From Nitrospirota bacterium (GTDB lineage Bacteria; Nitrospirota; Nitrospiria; Nitrospirales; Nitrospiraceae): a stretch of 64,000 nucleotides of DNA. Of this stretch, positions 1 to 10,500 are shown piece by piece. Position 1 is the stretch's first letter; the number at the start of each line of letters is the position of its first letter. Location: NCBI GenBank assembly GCA_963703955.1, contig CAVPGK010000015.1, positions 64,001 to 128,000 of the forward strand, read 5' to 3'. The notes below the pieces were generated by a model. That model made no database searches. It had not been told where the DNA came from and saw only the letters and a list, made by a program, of their open reading frames with translations. A program made the position numbers and the translations under genes.

Positions 1-203
1 CGGTCAGATCAATGGGCTGATCGGTGGCCTGCGAGGCGCGGCGGAGTACGAAATCCTGGTCGGCAAGAAGGGGCAGGGCGGTGGCCGGCATGGATGCGCA
101 ATCGGTGACGCATTTTGTGATCATCGTCCTGGTGATGTTGTGCAATGTGTTCTATTTCATGATCCGCTGGCGCAACGGACGGATTGGACAATGCCTGAGA
201 TGA
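1..203 (+). CDS. 3' part of an uncharacterised membrane protein (partial at window edge, one apparent +1 frameshift near 75-78)
   Basis: Manual translation gives GQINGLIGGLRGAAEYEILVGKKGQ, then after removing one extra G, AVAGMDAQSVTHFVIIVLVMLCNVFYF...CLR*. Hydrophobic C-terminal helix; stop TGA 201-203 overlaps the next ATG (ATGA). Confidence 0.7.
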
Positions 204-956
204 GTTGATTCTGACGCGACCCTGATTGGGAGCATGGGTGGCGGCGGGCTTGACCCTCTTCATCTTCAGCTTTCTCTACAAGGACAATCCGTTGTTTAAG
301 CTGGCGGAGCATCTCTACATCGGGAGTCTCTGTCGGCTACACCATTGTCAAGACCTACGACACGGTCGTGGTGCGCCTGATCTATGAACCGATGATTAAG
401 CAGGGCGACTGGTCGCTGTTAGTTCCATTGGCCATCGGCACGTTAATGCTGGCGCGCGTATGTTCCGAAAGCCACGTGGCTCTCCCGCATTGCCTTCGCG
501 TTCATCGTCGGGGTCGGGTCGGGATTGGCGATTCCCCGAATCGTCTCCTCGTACATTTTAAAACAGATCGAGGATACGGTCAGGCCGTTGGCGTCGATGG
601 TGCCGGGAGAAGGCCTGACCTTCACCTACAGCCTGGCGGAGCCGTCCAGCAACCTGAACGCGATTGTCCTGCTCATTGGGGTCATCTCCGTTCTGTTTTA
701 CTTTTTCTTTTCGATCGAGCACGCCGGGCCGGTCAGGGTGGCGGCGCGTATCGGAATTCTCTTCCTGATGATCTCGTTCGGCGCAGCTTTTGGTTACACG
801 GTCATGGCTCGTATGTCCCTGTTGATCGGACGCCTCTCCGACCTCATTGAATACAGCTCCCCCCAATACGGATGGGCTTCCCTCGTCCTGCTCGTGGCCA
901 CGATTCTCACGCTGGTTCTTGCCAATAGTCGCGGTAAAGAGGAAGAGCCCAAGTAA
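200..956 (+). CDS. Uncharacterised multi-pass membrane protein, split by about four single-base insertions
   Basis: Joined frames read ...GAWVAAGLTLFIFSFLYKDNPLFKLAEHLYIG/VSVGYTIVKTYDTVVVRLIYEP...LMLAR/YVPKATWLSRIAFAFIVGVGSGLAIPRIV... into ORF 525-956. Insertions near 206, 228, 325 and 459. Confidence 0.7.
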
Positions 957-1034
957 CCGTGAACGGGGCGACCATCCGGTAGCGGACCCGCGCCCGGTTG
1001 GAGTACCATGTGGCGATAGGATCAAGGGCATCGC

Positions 1035-2285
1035 ATGAGTGAATCGATCAAAGACCCCACACGGTTTCCCGTTTTGCGGAACCTGCAATTCTCCCCGCTG
1101 AAGCAGCAGGACGAGCAGTATGTGGTGCTCTGGGATCCGACCGGACTGACCGCGGAAAAACTGATCGTACCGTTAAACTATTTTTATCTGCTTCAGTTTT
1201 TTGACGGTGAACATTCGCTTGATCAAATCGGCGCAGAGTATCTGAAAAAATTCGGGGAATTCTTCACGCTGGACCGACTGGAGAAGCTGGTGGCCGACTT
1301 GGACGCGAAGCTGTTCCTGGAAGGCGAACAACTCGCGTCCGCAAGGCAGGCGGCAATTGCGGCCTATCGTAATTCACCTATACGGGTAGCGGCCTATGCC
1401 GGCAGGAGTTATGAAGCGGATGGAGAGAAACTGACACGCCAGCTTGAAGGATTTTTTGCCTCCAAAGAAGGGCCGGGGTTCCGTCCATCAGAAAACAAGG
1501 GCAAGAAGATCAAGGGCCTCGTCGCCCCTCACTACGATGTGCGACAAGGGGGCCCGATCTATGCCTGGGCGTATAAGGAACTCAAAGAAGCCGAGGCGCC
1601 GGACGTGTATGTAGTGGTGGGTACCTGTCAAGCCGGATTGACCAATGGCTTTGCGATCACCGACAAGGACTTTCAAACACCCTTGGGTGTGGTGCCGGCC
1701 GATCGCGACCTGTTGGATGGCTTGCGCAAGGCTGGAGGCGCGATGTTCTTTGAAGAAGACTCCGCGCATCGCAATGAACATTCCATCGAGTTTCAACTCC
1801 CATTCCTCCAACATACCGTGGGACGCACCAAGGCGTTCACCATCTTGCCGATCCTGTGTGCCTTTACCCCGTCCTCGCTCGTGGAACCGGAGTGCAGAGA
1901 ACTGATCGGGAAGGTTGAACTGTGCATCCGATCGTTGAAGGCCGCCATGGCAGAATCGGGGAGGAATGTCTGCGTGATCGCCAGCGTCGAACTCGCCCAT
2001 ATCGGCGTGCGATATGGAGATAACAAGCCGCCGACCGACTATTCGTTTCACAAGTGCATGCAGACCGATATGGAGATGCTCAAGCACGTAGAGAGTCTCG
2101 ACGCGGACGCCTTTGCCAAATTCATCCACAAGGAAGGTGACGCGCGCCGGATCTCCGGCTTTGCGGCGATCTATACATTATTGAAGCTGATCCAGGCGGA
2201 AAAAGGACAGGTGCTCCGGTACGACCGGGGAGTGACGGATCAGTTCAATTCGACGGTGACGTATGCCAGCATGGCGTTCTTTTGA
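1035..2285 (+). CDS. amrB: MEMO1 family protein (AmmeMemoRadiSam protein B-like) with N-terminal PqqD/winged-helix-like extension
   Basis: Motifs AAYAGRSY, APHYD, FQTPLG, EHSIEFQLPFL, ELAHIG..YGD and C-terminal VTYASM. Confidence 0.85.
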   Translation: MSESIKDPTRFPVLRNLQFSPLKQQDEQYVVLWDPTGLTAEKLIVPLNYFYLLQFFDGEHSLDQIGAEYLKKFGEFFTLDRLEKLVADLDAKLFLEGEQLASARQAAIAAYRNSPIRVAAYAGRSYEADGEKLTRQLEGFFASKEGPGFRPSENKGKKIKGLVAPHYDVRQGGPIYAWAYKELKEAEAPDVYVVVGTCQAGLTNGFAITDKDFQTPLGVVPADRDLLDGLRKAGGAMFFEEDSAHRNEHSIEFQLPFLQHTVGRTKAFTILPILCAFTPSSLVEPECRELIGKVELCIRSLKAAMAESGRNVCVIASVELAHIGVRYGDNKPPTDYSFHKCMQTDMEMLKHVESLDADAFAKFIHKEGDARRISGFAAIYTLLKLIQAEKGQVLRYDRGVTDQFNSTVTYASMAFF

Positions 2286-2306
2286 CTACTGACTGCTGCG
2301 AGCTTC

Positions 2307-2828
2307 TCACTCCTTCACCGTAATCGTGATCTCGATCGGCTGCAGCGGGTTGTCGCGTTCATCGCGCTCCATCGCCACGATCTTGTCGGCGACTTCGATA
2401 CCCCGAATAACTTCACCGAACACCGTATAGCGACGGTCGAGGCCACTGGCGTCCATCACGCAGATAAAGAATTGAGAGCCGCTGTCGGTGAAGTCGCGCG
2501 TGCTGTTGCTTTCGCGCGGCAGTTTGGCCATGGAAATGGCGCCTCGCTTGTGGGGCCGGTCGTTCGGTTCGGGAGGTATGCCAAACCCCGGGCCTCCTGT
2601 CCCGTGGAGGGATCGATCCGGTGTCTTGCTCAGCGGATCACCCCCCTGAATCATGAATCCGGGAATGACTCGGTGGAACGTGGTCCCGTCATAGAACCCC
2701 ATCTTGGCAAGATTGAGGAAGTTCTCCACGTGCCGGGGGGCGGCTTCCGGGTAGAACTTCAGTGTCATGTCCCCGAACTTGGTGGAGATCACCGCGCGCG
2801 GGTTCTTCTTTTCAAACTTCATGACCAT
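2307..2828 (-). CDS. Cyclophilin-type peptidyl-prolyl cis-trans isomerase
   Basis: FYDGTTFHRVIPGFMIQGGDP, GSQFFI and YTVFGEV motifs. Start placed at MVMK (2828); the longer 388-aa ORF is read-through over the MFS gene. Confidence 0.93.
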   Translation of the reverse strand: MVMKFEKKNPRAVISTKFGDMTLKFYPEAAPRHVENFLNLAKMGFYDGTTFHRVIPGFMIQGGDPLSKTPDRSLHGTGGPGFGIPPEPNDRPHKRGAISMAKLPRESNSTRDFTDSGSQFFICVMDASGLDRRYTVFGEVIRGIEVADKIVAMERDERDNPLQPIEITITVKE

Positions 2829-2866
2829 GATCGGAAATCTATCAGGGATGAACGAGCCTTCGCAAC

Positions 2867-4198
2867 CTACCGTCGGAGACCCACCACACCGTCTGCGGGT
2901 TTGATCCGAACCCACATGAGTCCGCCCGCCAGCGCGACAAGGGCGGCGGCCGCCAAGGCCGCCGACCAGCCCATCTGCTCGGCCAGCCATGGCGTCAGAG
3001 TCGGGGAGAGACTCCCGCCCACATTCGCGCCCGTGTTCATCAGTCCGGAGAGAGCGCCGGCGTGTGCTTTCGACAGGTCGACGGTCGAAGCCCAGTAGGC
3101 CCCCACGGTGAAATAGAGCCACCCGGCCCCCAATGACAAGAGAAGGATCGCGACCACCGGCGATTCTGCGAACGCTCCCAGGAGAATCGAGAGGGAGGAG
3201 AGCGCCATGCCTGATCCCCCAACGTAGGCCCGTCCTCGATTGATGCCCAATCTGACTGCCAGGTAATCCGTCATCCATCCTCCGAGCGGACAAAAGATTG
3301 TGATGGCCAGGAACGGGACCGAGGCAAAGAGCGCGCCCCTCAGCACGCCGAACCCGCGCACATTGACTAGGTACAGATAGAACCACGACATGTAGACGTA
3401 GGCGACGTACCCCAGACAGGTGTAGCTCAGCACCAACCACCAAATGGTCGGCGTTCGAGCGAAGCGCATCCAAGATCGGCGCGTGAGGGCCTCCATCCGA
3501 GGCCCACGCTTCTGTGCGTGGAATCCCTCAATGAGGGCGAGCTCGGCAGCGTTCACATGCGGATGGTCTGCCGGCCGATCGGTCGCGTAGAAGTACCAGA
3601 TGGCGGCGATCACCAGACCGAGCGCGGAGGCGGCGTAGAACGCCGTTTGCCAGCCGAAGTTCACCATGATCCAGGCGGTGAGGGGAGGCGTGAGCGCCGA
3701 TCCGATGCCGATGCCCCCGATGGCAATGCCGATCCCTAACCCGCGTTCCTGTGGGGGCAACCAATTGGCCACGGTGCGGTTGAAGTTCGGCAGCGCGGCG
3801 GCTTCGCCAACGCCGACGAGAAAACGGACGAGGATCAACGCTCCCAAGACGCCCACCAGGGTCGCCATGGGCAGCACAGCGGCTACGGCGGTCAGAGCGG
3901 TAAAGAAGGACCACCAGATAATGGCCAGTGTGAGGACACGCCGGGCGCCCCATTGATCTCCCAGCCAGCCCCCGGGAATTTGACAGATGGCATAGCCCAC
4001 AACGAAGGCGGAAAACACCTGGCCCATCTGCAGGTCCGTCAGCCCCAGCGCAGGCATTATCTGCCGGGCCGTGACAGAAATGTTGACCCGGTCCATGTAC
4101 GTGACGACGCTGATCGAGAACAGCAGCGCCGCTATGCGCCAGCGAATCCGCGTTGGGCTCACATCTGTGGGCACATGATTGGGGAGCCGGCTCTTCAC
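2867..4198 (-). CDS. MFS transporter, anion:cation symporter (glucarate/galactonate-like) type
   Basis: YMDRVNISV, GWLGDQWGARRVL, RFLVGVGEA and WLPPQERG motifs; about 12 hydrophobic segments. Confidence 0.88.
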   Translation of the reverse strand: MKSRLPNHVPTDVSPTRIRWRIAALLFSISVVTYMDRVNISVTARQIMPALGLTDLQMGQVFSAFVVGYAICQIPGGWLGDQWGARRVLTLAIIWWSFFTALTAVAAVLPMATLVGVLGALILVRFLVGVGEAAALPNFNRTVANWLPPQERGLGIGIAIGGIGIGSALTPPLTAWIMVNFGWQTAFYAASALGLVIAAIWYFYATDRPADHPHVNAAELALIEGFHAQKRGPRMEALTRRSWMRFARTPTIWWLVLSYTCLGYVAYVYMSWFYLYLVNVRGFGVLRGALFASVPFLAITIFCPLGGWMTDYLAVRLGINRGRAYVGGSGMALSSLSILLGAFAESPVVAILLLSLGAGWLYFTVGAYWASTVDLSKAHAGALSGLMNTGANVGGSLSPTLTPWLAEQMGWSAALAAAALVALAGGLMWVRIKPADGVVGLRR

Positions 4199-4470
4199 GG
4201 TCGAATGGTTGTGGTCATCTCGTCATGCCCTGCCTGTCGGACGGAGGCCAGAATTATCAAATTTCCCCTCATGAGACAAGCGAGTGTGAGGAAATGGCGC
4301 ACGAAATGATGAAGGCAGAGAAGGGACTGACTTCCCGCAATCCTTCTAAAGTAGGACGCCGTTGTCCTTCAGCCGAATTGTTCACTCAGGCTCGTCGCGG
4401 TACAAGAAGCACAGACCGATGGCTAGATAACAACCACTAGTCCTAACCATCCTAAGATAAGAAAGACAGC

Positions 4471-4683
4471 ATGGCGATCATGGCACAGTGGCGATGGCTG
4501 GCTCACTCCCTGTGGTCCCGATTGATAGAACCCCCCACGAGTTCCACCGAGTCGGATGAGTTACTACGACACATGGCTCTCGCGGAAGCGCCTGGCGCCA
4601 TCTGGCCGATTCCAGGCTTCCGGACGCTTCCGCCCACGGAGATGCCCCACACGACCACGACGAGGCCACGGTTCAAGTCGTGA
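4471..4683 (+). CDS. Small hypothetical protein
   Basis: 70-aa ATG ORF in an otherwise empty intergenic region; no family recognised. Confidence 0.3.
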   Translation: MAIMAQWRWLAHSLWSRLIEPPTSSTESDELLRHMALAEAPGAIWPIPGFRTLPPTEMPHTTTTRPRFKS

Positions 4684-5257
4684 TCATCACCTCGCAAGCT
4701 ATATGGAGATGAGAGTGGAGGGGATACTTTGCACGCAAAGTAGCACAGTCTATCCTCCTGTAGACTGTCCCCTCCGCCAATCTCTTTGTGCCAGTCCACC
4801 ACTGCAACTTCTTCCTAGCGAAAGTTCTTACTAGCCCGTCCATCCGATCTGCACGTTTGGCTCACCTCTCGACAATCCAGAGATCGGCCTTGAGCACAAA
4901 CTCATATGCTGGAGACCCGGACCACGGGGGTTAGTACTCAAGAATCTTTTCGGACACAGCATTTATCTGTTCAGATACCGCTCCACAGTTGTGATTGGAC
5001 TCCTTGCCCACCTCTCACTTTACAAAGTTATTGTAAGTTCTTCCCTTTCTCTTAGGCATCGCCAGAACGATCCCGGTACTGGGTAGTGGGTCCAGAAACC
5101 CGATGGTTCTCCCGGCGGCATAGTTCGGGCAGGGCGGGATGTGAGAGCAAACCAAGTCATGTAGCCAAGCAATTGTGATGATCCAGTCTTGTCACGAACG
5201 GGTTGCGAGCTTCTTCAGGTAGCAGCGTCGACGGTCCACATCAGCGAACCGGCCCGT

Positions 5258-6635
5258 TCAGGTTTCCGTCACGCTTTGAATCGACTGTCTCACGATGTCC
5301 ACCATACGGGTCAGCTCCTTTCGGCGAGGTGATGAGCGGCGGCATCAGGACCACCACGTTCCCTAATGGTCGGAGCAAGAGCCCGCGCCGGCGCGCTTCC
5401 ATGGTCGACCTGATGACCGATTCGTTGCCCCGGAGGGTAGGGGGTGCGGGTCTGTCGATCCTTGACGAGTTCAATCCCCACCATAAAGCCACACTGCCGG
5501 ATATTGCCCACATGTCGGACGCACCGCGAGGGGTAGGAGGAGGCGGCGCAGCAAGGCGATCCGGGAGCGCAGGCGGGCTAGCGTCCGTTCTGTTCGAAAG
5601 ACTGTGAGGTTGGCCAGCGCAACGGCGCAGCCCAGCGCGTTGCCCGTGTAGCTATGACCGTGAAAGAAGGTCTTCCAGTCCTCATAGTCGCCGAGGAAGG
5701 CGCGATAGATTTCTTCGGTCGTCAAAGTCGCCCCGAGCGGAAGGTATCCTCCGGTCAGTCCCTTGCTGATGGCCATGAGATCCGGCGTCACCTGCTCGTG
5801 GTCGCAGGCAAACATTCGTCCGGTTCGCCCAAACCCTGTGGCCACCTCGTCCGCGATCAGCAGCACGTGATACGGTGGTGCAGAGCTCTCGAATGCGCGT
5901 TAGATACCCGGGAGGCGCCGTGATCATCCCCGCGGCCGCCTGCACCAGCGGTTCGATGATGAGCCCGGCGATCTCCCGATGGCGCCGTTTGAGCAGGCGC
6001 TCGATGGGATCGACGCAGGCCAGCTTACAGGACGGATAGGTGAGTCCGATTGGACACCGGTAGCAGTAGGGCGGATCAACGGAGAGGGTCGGGAAGAGCA
6101 GCGGTTTGAACCGCTCATGAAAGAGCTCGATGTTCCCGACGCTCATCGCGCCGGCGGTATCGCCGTGATAGGCCAGTTGTAGTTTAACAAAGGTGTGCTT
6201 GGTCCCCGCGTGCGGCTGACGTTGCTGCCAGTACTGGACCGCCATTTTCAGCGCGACCTCAACTGCCGTTGAGCCATCGTCGGAGTAAAACACCCGGGTG
6301 AGTCCCCGCGGTGCGACTCGAATCAGCTCCCGAGCCAGCTCAATCGCCGGAGGGCTCGACAACCCCAGTAAGGTGCTATGGGCGATCCTTTTGAGCTGCA
6401 TCCGAAGTGCCCGGTCGAGTCGGGGATGCCGGTGTCCGTGCACATTGACCCAGAGAGAGGAGATCCCATCCAGATACCGCTTTCCTTCAGTATCGATGAG
6501 GTAAGGGCCCTTACCATGGCTGATCATCACAGGCTGTTCCCGCACCCATTCCTGCATCTGGGTAAACGGATGCCAGAGATAAGCATGGTCCCATTGCGTC
6601 AATTGTTTTGTCCGGGTTTGAAGTGACGGACTCAT
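5258..6635 (-). CDS. bioA: Adenosylmethionine-8-amino-7-oxononanoate aminotransferase, broken by about five +1 insertions
   Basis: [69 protein letters not shown] and [14 protein letters not shown] are spread over four frames. Repaired C-terminus is ...[19 protein letters not shown] with the stop at 5258-5260. Confidence 0.9.
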
Positions 6636-6701
6636 GAGGGAATGATCACACTCGATCTACTGACAATTGCGCGAGCGATTATAACTAAAAATATACTTGC
6701 A

Positions 6702-6817
6702 GGCTGCTCAAAAAGGTCGTCAGCAAGGCCACAGGGAGCAAGGACTCCGAGGCGTGCAGTGTGAGTACGTTGAGGAGGACTCGCGACTGAGAACGCTGGA
6801 GGCCTTTTTCAGCAGCC
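6702..6817. repeat. Dispersed ~120-bp repeat with terminal inverted repeats (family A, copy 1)
   Basis: GGCTGCTCAAAAAGG ... CCTTTTTCAGCAGCC (14/15 inverted match); internal blocks shared with 12933-13057. Confidence 0.85.
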
Positions 6818-6833
6818 CGGCGGGGGATAGTCT

Positions 6834-6862
6834 TTGACATCCCGCGGATCAGTCCATATAAT
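6834..6862 (+). promoter_or_regulatory. Consensus sigma70 promoter of the lepA operon
   Basis: TTGACA (6834-6839), 17-nt spacer, TATAAT (6857-6862), 17 nt before the lepA ATG. Confidence 0.85.
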
Positions 6863-6879
6863 GAGCCGATTTCCTTTGA

Positions 6880-8691
6880 ATGAGCCGGGATTTGCAAAGC
6901 CACATCCGGAACTTTTCGATTATTGCCCACATCGATCACGGGAAATCCACCCTCGCTGACCGGTTTCTTGAGACCACCGGCGCCATCACAGCGCGCGAAT
7001 TCCGCGAACAGATCCTTGATGCGATGGACCTCGAGCGCGAGCGCGGGATCACCATCAAGGCTCACTCGGTGGCGATTCGCTATCAGGCCGATAACGGCCG
7101 GACCTATGCGCTTCACCTGATCGATACGCCGGGACACGTCGATTTCACGTATGAGGTCTCCCGAAGCCTGGCAGCCTGCGAGGGTGCGCTCTTGCTGGTC
7201 GATGCCACGCAGGGGGTCGAAGCCCAGACGATTGCCAACGCTTATTTGGCGATCGCCAACAATCTCCACGTCATTCCCGTCATTAACAAGATCGATCTTC
7301 CGAGCGCCGATATCGAAGGGGTCAAGCACCAGATTCACGAGGTGTTGGGCCTGGACGTTACCGATGCCCTGCTCGTCAGCGCGAAAGAGGGTCGGGGAGT
7401 TCGGGAGGTCTTGGAAGCGATCATTGCCCGTGTTCCTCCGCCGTCGGGAGATCCGGAGAAACCGCTGAAGGCCTTGATTTTTGACTCCTGGTTCGACAAT
7501 TATCAGGGGGTGATCGTGCTGACGCGGGTGATCGACGGCATTATTCGGCCCGGGACGAAAATCCGGGTCATGTCGAATGACAAGGTCTTTGAAGTGAGCG
7601 AGGTCGGACAGTTCACTCCGAAACGCACCAAGATCGACGCGCTCGGAGCGGGCGAGGTCGGCTACGTGTGCGCGAATATGCGGGAGGTGGCCGACGTCAA
7701 GATCGGCGATACGATGACCGACGCGGCCCGCTCGACCGACGCGCCGTTCCCCGGCTATAAAGAGGTCAAGCCCATGGTCTTCTGCGGATTGTATTCCACG
7801 GACACGGCCAAGTATGAAGACCTGCGCGACGCCTTGCAGAAGCTTCGTCTGAACGACTCGTCCTTTGTGTATGAACCCGAAACATCGCTGGCGTTGGGGT
7901 TCGGGTTTCGATGTGGGTTCCTGGGGCTGTTGCATATGGAGATCGTCCAGGAGCGTCTCGAACGGGAATATGAGCTCACGCTCATCACCACGGCCCCCAC
8001 GGTCGTCTATCAAGTCCACACGACGGCTGGCGAGACCCTCTTGATCGACAACCCCGCGAAGTTGCCTCCCCCGTCGGCGATCGATCGGTTCGAGGAGCCG
8101 TTCATTCGGGCCACCATCATCAGCCCGGAACGTTACCTCGGGAACATCCTTCACCTGTGTCAGGAGCGGCGCGGCGTGCAGCAGGGCCTTCAATATCTTG
8201 ATCCCACGCGCGTCATGTTGACATATGAATTGCCGCTCAATGAAGTCATCCTGGACTTTTTCGACAAGCTGAAGTCGAAGACGCAGGGGTATGCCTCTCT
8301 GGACTATGAACTCATCGGCTACCGGGAGGCTGATCTTGTCAAGCTGGATATGCTGCTCAACGGCGAAACGGTTGACGCCTTGTCCTTCATCAGCCATCGC
8401 GACAAAGCCCAGACCCGCGGACGCCAACTCGCAGAGAAAATGAAGGAGCTGATTCCCAAGCAAATGTTCGAAGTTGCGATCCAAGCCGCGGTCGGCAATA
8501 AAGTCATTGCCCGCGAGACGGTGGGGGCGCTCAAGAAAAACGTCACCGCCAAGTGCTATGGCGGCGACATCACCCGGAAGCGAAAGCTGTGGGAAAAACA
8601 GAAAGAAGGCAAGAAACGCATGAAGCAGGTCGGCCGCGTGGAAGTGCCTCAGGAAGCGTTTCTGGCGCTTCTGAAGGTGACGGGCGAATGA
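6880..8691 (+). CDS. lepA: Elongation factor 4 (LepA)
   Basis: [62 protein letters not shown]. Confidence 0.98.
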   Translation: MSRDLQSHIRNFSIIAHIDHGKSTLADRFLETTGAITAREFREQILDAMDLERERGITIKAHSVAIRYQADNGRTYALHLIDTPGHVDFTYEVSRSLAACEGALLLVDATQGVEAQTIANAYLAIANNLHVIPVINKIDLPSADIEGVKHQIHEVLGLDVTDALLVSAKEGRGVREVLEAIIARVPPPSGDPEKPLKALIFDSWFDNYQGVIVLTRVIDGIIRPGTKIRVMSNDKVFEVSEVGQFTPKRTKIDALGAGEVGYVCANMREVADVKIGDTMTDAARSTDAPFPGYKEVKPMVFCGLYSTDTAKYEDLRDALQKLRLNDSSFVYEPETSLALGFGFRCGFLGLLHMEIVQERLEREYELTLITTAPTVVYQVHTTAGETLLIDNPAKLPPPSAIDRFEEPFIRATIISPERYLGNILHLCQERRGVQQGLQYLDPTRVMLTYELPLNEVILDFFDKLKSKTQGYASLDYELIGYREADLVKLDMLLNGETVDALSFISHRDKAQTRGRQLAEKMKELIPKQMFEVAIQAAVGNKVIARETVGALKKNVTAKCYGGDITRKRKLWEKQKEGKKRMKQVGRVEVPQEAFLALLKVTGE

Positions 8692-9443
8692 GTCTGGATC
8701 CGAACCAACGGCAGATTGAGGAAGCGGGCGGCACATCCGCCGACACGGTTCCCGAGCCGGCGGTGGAGACCGCTGCGAGGCACCATCACAAGTCAATTCT
8801 GCGGGAATACGCCGAAGCCATCATCCTGGCGATGCTGCTGGCGTTCGCGATCCGCGTGTTCATCGTCCAGGCCTTCAAGATTCCGTCAGGCTCCATGATC
8901 CCGACCCTTCTCATCGGCGATCATATTTTGGTCAGCAAGCTATCCTACGGCCTTCAATGGCCGGCGGATTGTAAGCTCCGCATGAGCTTTCCGCCCGTCA
9001 CCTGTTACACCACCAAGACCATTGTGTCGTTCGGAGAGCCCCAGCGCGGCGACGTGATCGTCTTCCGGTATCCGGAGGATGAGGAAAAGGACTTCATTAA
9101 ACGCATCGTGGGACTGCCGGGTGACGCCATTGAGGTCCGCAACAAGGTGGTCTACATCAACGGGAGGTCGAGCGACGACCGAGCCTATACCCAGCGAGTC
9201 GATCCGGGCACCATTGACGGATCGATCAATCCTCGTGATAATTTCGGCCCAGTGACGGTTCCGGAGGAATCTTACTTCGTCATGGGTGACAATCGGGATC
9301 AAAGCCTCGACAGCCGGTTTTGGGGATACGTCCGCGCCGAGAAGATCAGAGGCAAGGCCTTTCGCATCTATTGGTCGTGGAGCGGCCACGGCGACTGGAA
9401 GCAGTGGGTGCGGTGGGATCGGCTTGGCAAGGCCATCCGATAG
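8688..9443 (+). CDS. lepB: Signal peptidase I
   Basis: [10 protein letters not shown] (Ser), [11 protein letters not shown] (Lys), [18 protein letters not shown] overlap with lepA gives start 8688. Confidence 0.96.
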   Translation: MSLDPNQRQIEEAGGTSADTVPEPAVETAARHHHKSILREYAEAIILAMLLAFAIRVFIVQAFKIPSGSMIPTLLIGDHILVSKLSYGLQWPADCKLRMSFPPVTCYTTKTIVSFGEPQRGDVIVFRYPEDEEKDFIKRIVGLPGDAIEVRNKVVYINGRSSDDRAYTQRVDPGTIDGSINPRDNFGPVTVPEESYFVMGDNRDQSLDSRFWGYVRAEKIRGKAFRIYWSWSGHGDWKQWVRWDRLGKAIR

Positions 9444-9453
9444 GAACGGTGAC

Positions 9454-10500
9454 GTGGCACTCACAAAGACCGGACCAGGCGAACGCGCACGTCCGAAAGA
9501 GGGACGCTCGCTTCCACCACCCGATCGTCAGGCGTTGCGGCGGCACATCCAGCGTTTTCCCCAGGCCAATGTCCTGGTTGTGGGGGACCTCATCCTGGAT
9601 CATTATATTTGGGGCAAGGTCAGCCGGATCTCGCCGGAAGCGCCGGTTCCGGTCGTGCACGTGGACTCCGAGTCGCTGCTCCTAGGAGGGGCCGCCAACG
9701 TGTACAACAATATCCTCTCTTTGGGAGGGCGGGCGGATCTCTGCGGAGTGGTGGGAGCCGATGAAGGGGGCCGCCGTTTGCTCAAGGAACTGGGGGTCCG
9801 GCGGCATGGGCGTGGAGGGGTGGTGATCGACGCCGATCGGCCGACCACGCGGAAGACACGCGTGGTCGCCCACAATCAACAGGTGGTCCGGTTCGACGTC
9901 GAGCACCGGTCTGAGCTTAAGTCGTCGTTCCAGCGCCGCATCCTCCGGTATGTCGAGTCGCGGTTGCGCGAGATTTCCTGCTTGGTCGTCTCGGACTATG
10001 CCAAAGGTGTGGTCACCGCGTCACTCATGGCTGAACTGGTTCGGCTGACGGCGCTTCGTCATATCCCGATTGTCGTCGATCCGAAAGTGGAACACTTCTC
10101 CTATTACAAAGGGGTGACCGTCGTCACACCCAATCACTTGGAGGCCGGGCAGGCAGCCGGTGTCCACGGCGATGATGACGGCGCGATCAACGAAGCGGGT
10201 GAGACGATTCGTCAACGCTTGGGCTGTCATTCCGTTCTCGTCACGAGGGGGGAGAAGGGGATGAGCCTGTTCGAATTTGACGGCACGACGTTTCATATCC
10301 CCACGATGGCCCGTCAGGTGTACGATGTCACCGGCGCCGGCGATACGGTCGTCGGCACCCTCGCGCTTGCCTTGGCCACAGGCGCATCGATCCGGGAAGG
10401 GGCGATGCTGGCCAATCAGGCCGCGGGGATCGTGGTCGGAATGGTAGGGACCGCAACGGTGACCGCACAACAGTTGACTGAGGCTATCACGGATGCCTAA
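9454..10500 (+). CDS. rfaE1: D-glycero-beta-D-manno-heptose-7-phosphate kinase (RfaE/HldE kinase domain only)
   Basis: VVGDLILDHY, RISPEAPVPV, GGAANV, SDYAKG, VYDVTGAGDTV. GTG start inferred after AGGAA. Confidence 0.92.
   Translation: MALTKTGPGERARPKEGRSLPPPDRQALRRHIQRFPQANVLVVGDLILDHYIWGKVSRISPEAPVPVVHVDSESLLLGGAANVYNNILSLGGRADLCGVVGADEGGRRLLKELGVRRHGRGGVVIDADRPTTRKTRVVAHNQQVVRFDVEHRSELKSSFQRRILRYVESRLREISCLVVSDYAKGVVTASLMAELVRLTALRHIPIVVDPKVEHFSYYKGVTVVTPNHLEAGQAAGVHGDDDGAINEAGETIRQRLGCHSVLVTRGEKGMSLFEFDGTTFHIPTMARQVYDVTGAGDTVVGTLALALATGASIREGAMLANQAAGIVVGMVGTATVTAQQLTEAITDA

Noticed and set aside
2829..3473. Apparent long N-terminal extension on the cyclophilin
   Set aside because: Alternative frame overlapping the MFS gene; homology starts at MVMK.
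5258..6635. bioA as a true pseudogene or programmed frameshift
   Set aside because: All lesions are +1 insertions with motifs otherwise intact, and essential pyrG shows the same error type.
6685..8796. 703-aa minus-strand ORF
   Set aside because: Antisense shadow of lepA; common in high-GC DNA and has no recognisable motifs.
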